From positions 1 to 10,473 of the forward strand of contig JAZDLX010000019.1 in NCBI GenBank assembly GCA_043801585.1: DNA of 10,473 nt. Direction: 5' to 3'. Every line of letters starts with the position of its first letter. The first letter of the stretch is position 1. Position numbers and translations under genes: made by a program. The notes under the pieces are model-generated. The model saw nothing but the letters and a program-made list of their open reading frames with translations, made no database searches and was not told the origin of the DNA. This document shows, piece after piece, positions 7,846-10,473 of this stretch. Source of the DNA: a bacterium (GTDB lineage Bacteria > Electryoneota > Electryoneia > Electryoneales > Electryoneaceae).

Positions 7846-8079
7846 ATGCCGCTGGTCACCATAGATCCGGAAACCTGCAAAGGTTGCGAGTTGTGCGTCG
7901 AGGCATGCCCGCAGGAGATCATTCAAATGACCGACACGATCAACACCAAGGGCTATTTCTACGCCAAAGTGTTCGATCAGCCGCGCTGCATTGGATGCCG
8001 GCTCTGCGCGATCATGTGTCCCGACGTGGCGATCGAGGTGGGGGTCAACGCCGTGCAGTACCAGTATTTCCCATACTAA
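7846..8079 (+). CDS. 2x[4Fe-4S] dicluster ferredoxin, delta-type subunit of 2-oxoacid:ferredoxin oxidoreductase (77 aa)
   Basis: CKGCELCVEACP and CIGCRLCAIMCPDVAI (two CxxCxxCxxxCP motifs), with INTKGY between. ATG 7846 follows GGGAG; the ORF-track extension from 7753 merely reads through the repeat arm. Confidence 0.95.
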   Translation: MPLVTIDPETCKGCELCVEACPQEIIQMTDTINTKGYFYAKVFDQPRCIGCRLCAIMCPDVAIEVGVNAVQYQYFPY

Positions 8080-8084
8080 GAAGG

Positions 8085-8336
8085 AACAGGATGGACAGGA
8101 TGGACAGGATAATCAAGGTGATAAAAAAGGAATAATGTTATCGAGGGTGGCCCGGCTGCCCCGTCAGCCGGGAAGCCGCAATTTTTCAGCACAGGCAGGA
8201 AATATCAACGAGTCAAATGGTTCTAAAACGGCACAAGGAAACGAAACAGGATGGACAGGATAAGCAGGATTTTGCAAATAGCACAGCGTTTCGGTCTTCT
8301 GTTTTTATTTCATCCTGATCATCTTGTACATCCTGT
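8085..8336. repeat. Second CAGGAT element: two left arms and one inverted right arm
   Basis: CAGGAT at 8087/8096/8105 and 8247/8256/8265; ATCCTG/ATCTTG/ATCCTG at 8312/8321/8330. Segments 8247-8270 and 8312-8335 are inverted repeats matching at 20/24 nt. Confidence 0.9.
8151..8172. repeat. GC-rich perfect hairpin (REP-like) inside the second element
   Basis: CCCGGCTG-CCCCGT-CAGCCGGG, an 8-bp stem preceded by GGGTGG. No immediate U-tract follows. Confidence 0.55.
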
Positions 8337-8370
8337 GAATTCTTTGATTTTGCTTTAAAAGAGGCATGTG

Positions 8371-9477
8371 ATGGCGAAGAAATTGATGAAAGGCAACGAA
8401 GCGATCGGCGAAGCGGCCATCCAGGCCGGAGCACGTCATTACTTCGCCTACCCGATTACACCGCAGACGGAAGTTGCCGAATACCTGGCGCGCCGGATGC
8501 CGGAAGTCGACGGTGTCTTTCTCCAGGCGGAATCGGAGCTTGGTGCGGCCAATATGATTTTCGGCGGAGCCTCGACCGGCAAACGGGTGTTTACCTCCTC
8601 GTCGAGTCCCGGCATCAGCCTGATGAGCGAAGCGCTCAGCTACATCGCCTGTGCGGAATTGCCCTGTGTCTTCATCAACGTCTGCCGCGCAGGACCCGGA
8701 CTCGGCGGAATTCTGCCCAGCCAGGGCGACTATTTCCAGGCGGCGCACGCGAGTGGGCACGGCGACTTTCACCTGCTGGTGCTGGCTCCCTCAACAGTGC
8801 AGGAGGCGGTGGAACATATCATGATCGCCTTTGACCTCGCGGACAAATACCGCAACCCGGTGATGATCTTCGCCGATGGACTGATCGGCCAGATGATGGA
8901 ACCGGTCGATTTTGACGCGGTCAAAACCGGCAAACCCGCCGACCACAGCGATTGGGCGATCACCGGGGCGAAGGGACGCAAAGCCAGAAGCCTGAGCACC
9001 GGGTCGAAACGGCAGCAAAGTATTGATAACCGTCACCTGGTAAAGACACTCTACCTCAATCCCGTGGATAACGAGAAACACAACATTCACCTCGCCGAAA
9101 AATATGAGAAGATGAAGGTTGAGGTGCGCCACGAGATTTACGGCGACCTGAGCAAGGCAACGATCCTGATCACCGCTTTCGGCACCTCGGCGCGTGTCTG
9201 CAAAACCGCCATCGATCAGCTCGCCGAAGAGGGCATTCACACGGCCCTGTTCCGCCCGATTACCCTCTACCCCTTCCCGGCGCAGGCGATCCGTGAGGCG
9301 GCGGAATTGAAAAACGTTGCCGCCATTCTATCCGTCGAGATGAACAACGGGCAGATGGTGGAGGATGTCAGGAAGTTTACACGCGAGATCAAACCGGTTC
9401 ACTTCTTCGGGCGGCAGGGCGGCATCGTCCCGAGTCCCGAGGAGGTTGTAGAAGTCGTGAAGAAGTTGGTGAAGTAA
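8371..9477 (+). CDS. vorB: 2-oxoacid:ferredoxin oxidoreductase alpha subunit, VorB-like (3-methyl-2-oxobutanoate dehydrogenase type)
   Basis: LMKGNEAIGEAAI, YPITPQTE, QAESE, TSSSSPGISLM, RAGPGLGGI, QGDY, GQMMEPV, FRPITLYPFP, VEMNNGQMVEDV. GAGG at 8361 precedes ATG 8371. Substrate specificity is inferred from family resemblance only. Confidence 0.93.
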   Translation: MAKKLMKGNEAIGEAAIQAGARHYFAYPITPQTEVAEYLARRMPEVDGVFLQAESELGAANMIFGGASTGKRVFTSSSSPGISLMSEALSYIACAELPCVFINVCRAGPGLGGILPSQGDYFQAAHASGHGDFHLLVLAPSTVQEAVEHIMIAFDLADKYRNPVMIFADGLIGQMMEPVDFDAVKTGKPADHSDWAITGAKGRKARSLSTGSKRQQSIDNRHLVKTLYLNPVDNEKHNIHLAEKYEKMKVEVRHEIYGDLSKATILITAFGTSARVCKTAIDQLAEEGIHTALFRPITLYPFPAQAIREAAELKNVAAILSVEMNNGQMVEDVRKFTREIKPVHFFGRQGGIVPSPEEVVEVVKKLVK

Positions 9478-9507
9478 ACAGGCGTTTGAGCAGTCAACGA
9501 GGCAAGC

Positions 9508-10287
9508 ATGGCGACGACAACCATTTTTCAGCGCCCCGAGGCGATGACCGACGTGGAAACTCATTACTGCCCGGGTTGCACCCACGGCGTGATACACCGG
9601 CTGGTGGCGGAATCGCTTGACGAACTGGGGCTGCGTGAAAAGGCGGTAGGCGTTGCACCGGTGGGCTGCTCGGTGCTCGCCTACAATTACTTCAACTGCG
9701 ATTTCCTCGAAGCTGCGCACGGCCGCGCACCGGCGTTCGCGACCGGACTGAAACGGGTCAGTCCCGAGCTGACCGTGTTCACCTACCAGGGCGATGGCGA
9801 TCTCGCCTCGATCGGCACCAACGAGATTCTTCACGCCGCCAACCGCGGCGAAAAGATCACCGTCATCTTCGTCAACAATGCGATCTATGGAATGACCGGC
9901 GGACAGATGGCCCCGACCACCCTGCCCGGCCAGATTACCACCACCAGCCCGATGGGCCGTGACGTCGAGCTCGCCGGATGGCCGATCCGCATTCGCGAAC
10001 TGCTGGCAACCCTGCGCACCCCGGCCTACATCGCCCGTGGCAGCGTGCACAGCCCCCAGTGGACGATCCGTACGAAGAAATACATCAAGAAAGCGTTCCA
10101 GTACCAAGAGGAAAAACGCTGCTTCAGCCTGGTGGAGGTCCTCTCCACCTGCCCGACAAACTGGGGAATGACCCCTGTCGAGGCAACGAAGTGGCTGGCG
10201 GAGAAAATGATCCCCTACTACCCCCTCGGCGAATTGAAAACTCCCGACGAGGAGGACGGGGTCGTAACGAAAATGCTGCACGAATGA
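9508..10287 (+). CDS. 2-oxoacid:ferredoxin oxidoreductase beta (TPP-binding) subunit
   Basis: HYCPGCTHG, PVGCS, AHGRAPA, TPP motif YQGDGDLASIG...FVNNAIYGMTGGQMAPTT, EVLSTCPTNWG, YYPLG. Confidence 0.95.
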   Translation: MATTTIFQRPEAMTDVETHYCPGCTHGVIHRLVAESLDELGLREKAVGVAPVGCSVLAYNYFNCDFLEAAHGRAPAFATGLKRVSPELTVFTYQGDGDLASIGTNEILHAANRGEKITVIFVNNAIYGMTGGQMAPTTLPGQITTTSPMGRDVELAGWPIRIRELLATLRTPAYIARGSVHSPQWTIRTKKYIKKAFQYQEEKRCFSLVEVLSTCPTNWGMTPVEATKWLAEKMIPYYPLGELKTPDEEDGVVTKMLHE

Positions 10288-10310
10288 AAACGAAACCGAG
10301 AACAAAATCT

Positions 10311-10338
10311 GAAACAGGATGTACAGGATAGACAGGAT
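10311..10338 (+). repeat. Third CAGGAT element, left arm only within the window
   Basis: GAAA-CAGGAT-GTA-CAGGAT-AGA-CAGGAT with units at 10315/10324/10333, starting 27 nt after the beta-subunit stop. Confidence 0.9.
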
Positions 10339-10428
10339 TTCTTAAGAGAATAAAAAGCAGTTATCCAAAATCTACCAACCGCTGGATGAAAGATCATCAT
10401 AAAAAACTCGCTTAAGAGCGGAGGGAAT

Positions 10429-10473
10429 ATGGCAAAAGAGGAAAAGAAAAAAGGGACCTGCTTTATTGTTGGT
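10429..10473 (+). CDS. Start of an unknown AT-rich gene (MAKEEKKKGTCFIVG...), truncated by the window edge
   Basis: GGAGGG at 10420-10425, ATG at 10429, then 15 open codons to the edge. Too short to assign a product. Confidence 0.6.
   Translation, partial: MAKEEKKKGTCFIVG

Noticed and set aside
8151..8186. Intrinsic terminator
   Set aside because: The T-run is separated from the stem by about 9 nt and the site lies mid-operon; kept only as a hairpin.
6865..10305. Minus-strand ORFs opposite the oxidoreductase operon (6865-7470, 8305-8772, 8791-9240, 9328-10305)
   Set aside because: They are antisense shadows; the periodic peptides such as RIHRMYKM and QDVQDDQD are just translations of the 9-bp repeats.

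Overview
The window holds two divergent, GC-rich housekeeping operons from a bacterium; the gene order resembles FCB-group lineages (inference). The minus strand (6033->1) carries yajC, def, fmt, rsmB, a PASTA membrane protein, rpe and a split transketolase (N subunit, then C subunit running off the left edge), all tightly coupled. The plus strand (from about 6664) carries an uncharacterised P-loop NTPase, a 2x[4Fe-4S] ferredoxin-like subunit, and the alpha (VorB-like) and beta (TPP-binding) subunits of a 2-oxoacid:ferredoxin oxidoreductase. An AT-rich ORF that does not look like the expected gamma subunit starts at the right edge. The most unusual signal is non-coding. Three of the four gene junctions in the oxidoreductase operon are expanded by the same architecture: a left arm of three 9-bp-period CAGGAT units shortly after the stop codon, variable cargo, and an inverted ATCCTG arm before the next ribosome-binding site. 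The cargo includes duplicated modules, REP-like palindromes and chains of mini-ORFs. At the last junction the left arm is followed by an apparently foreign gene with no closing arm inside the window, which suggests repeat-bounded insertion sites that capture genes within a conserved operon.
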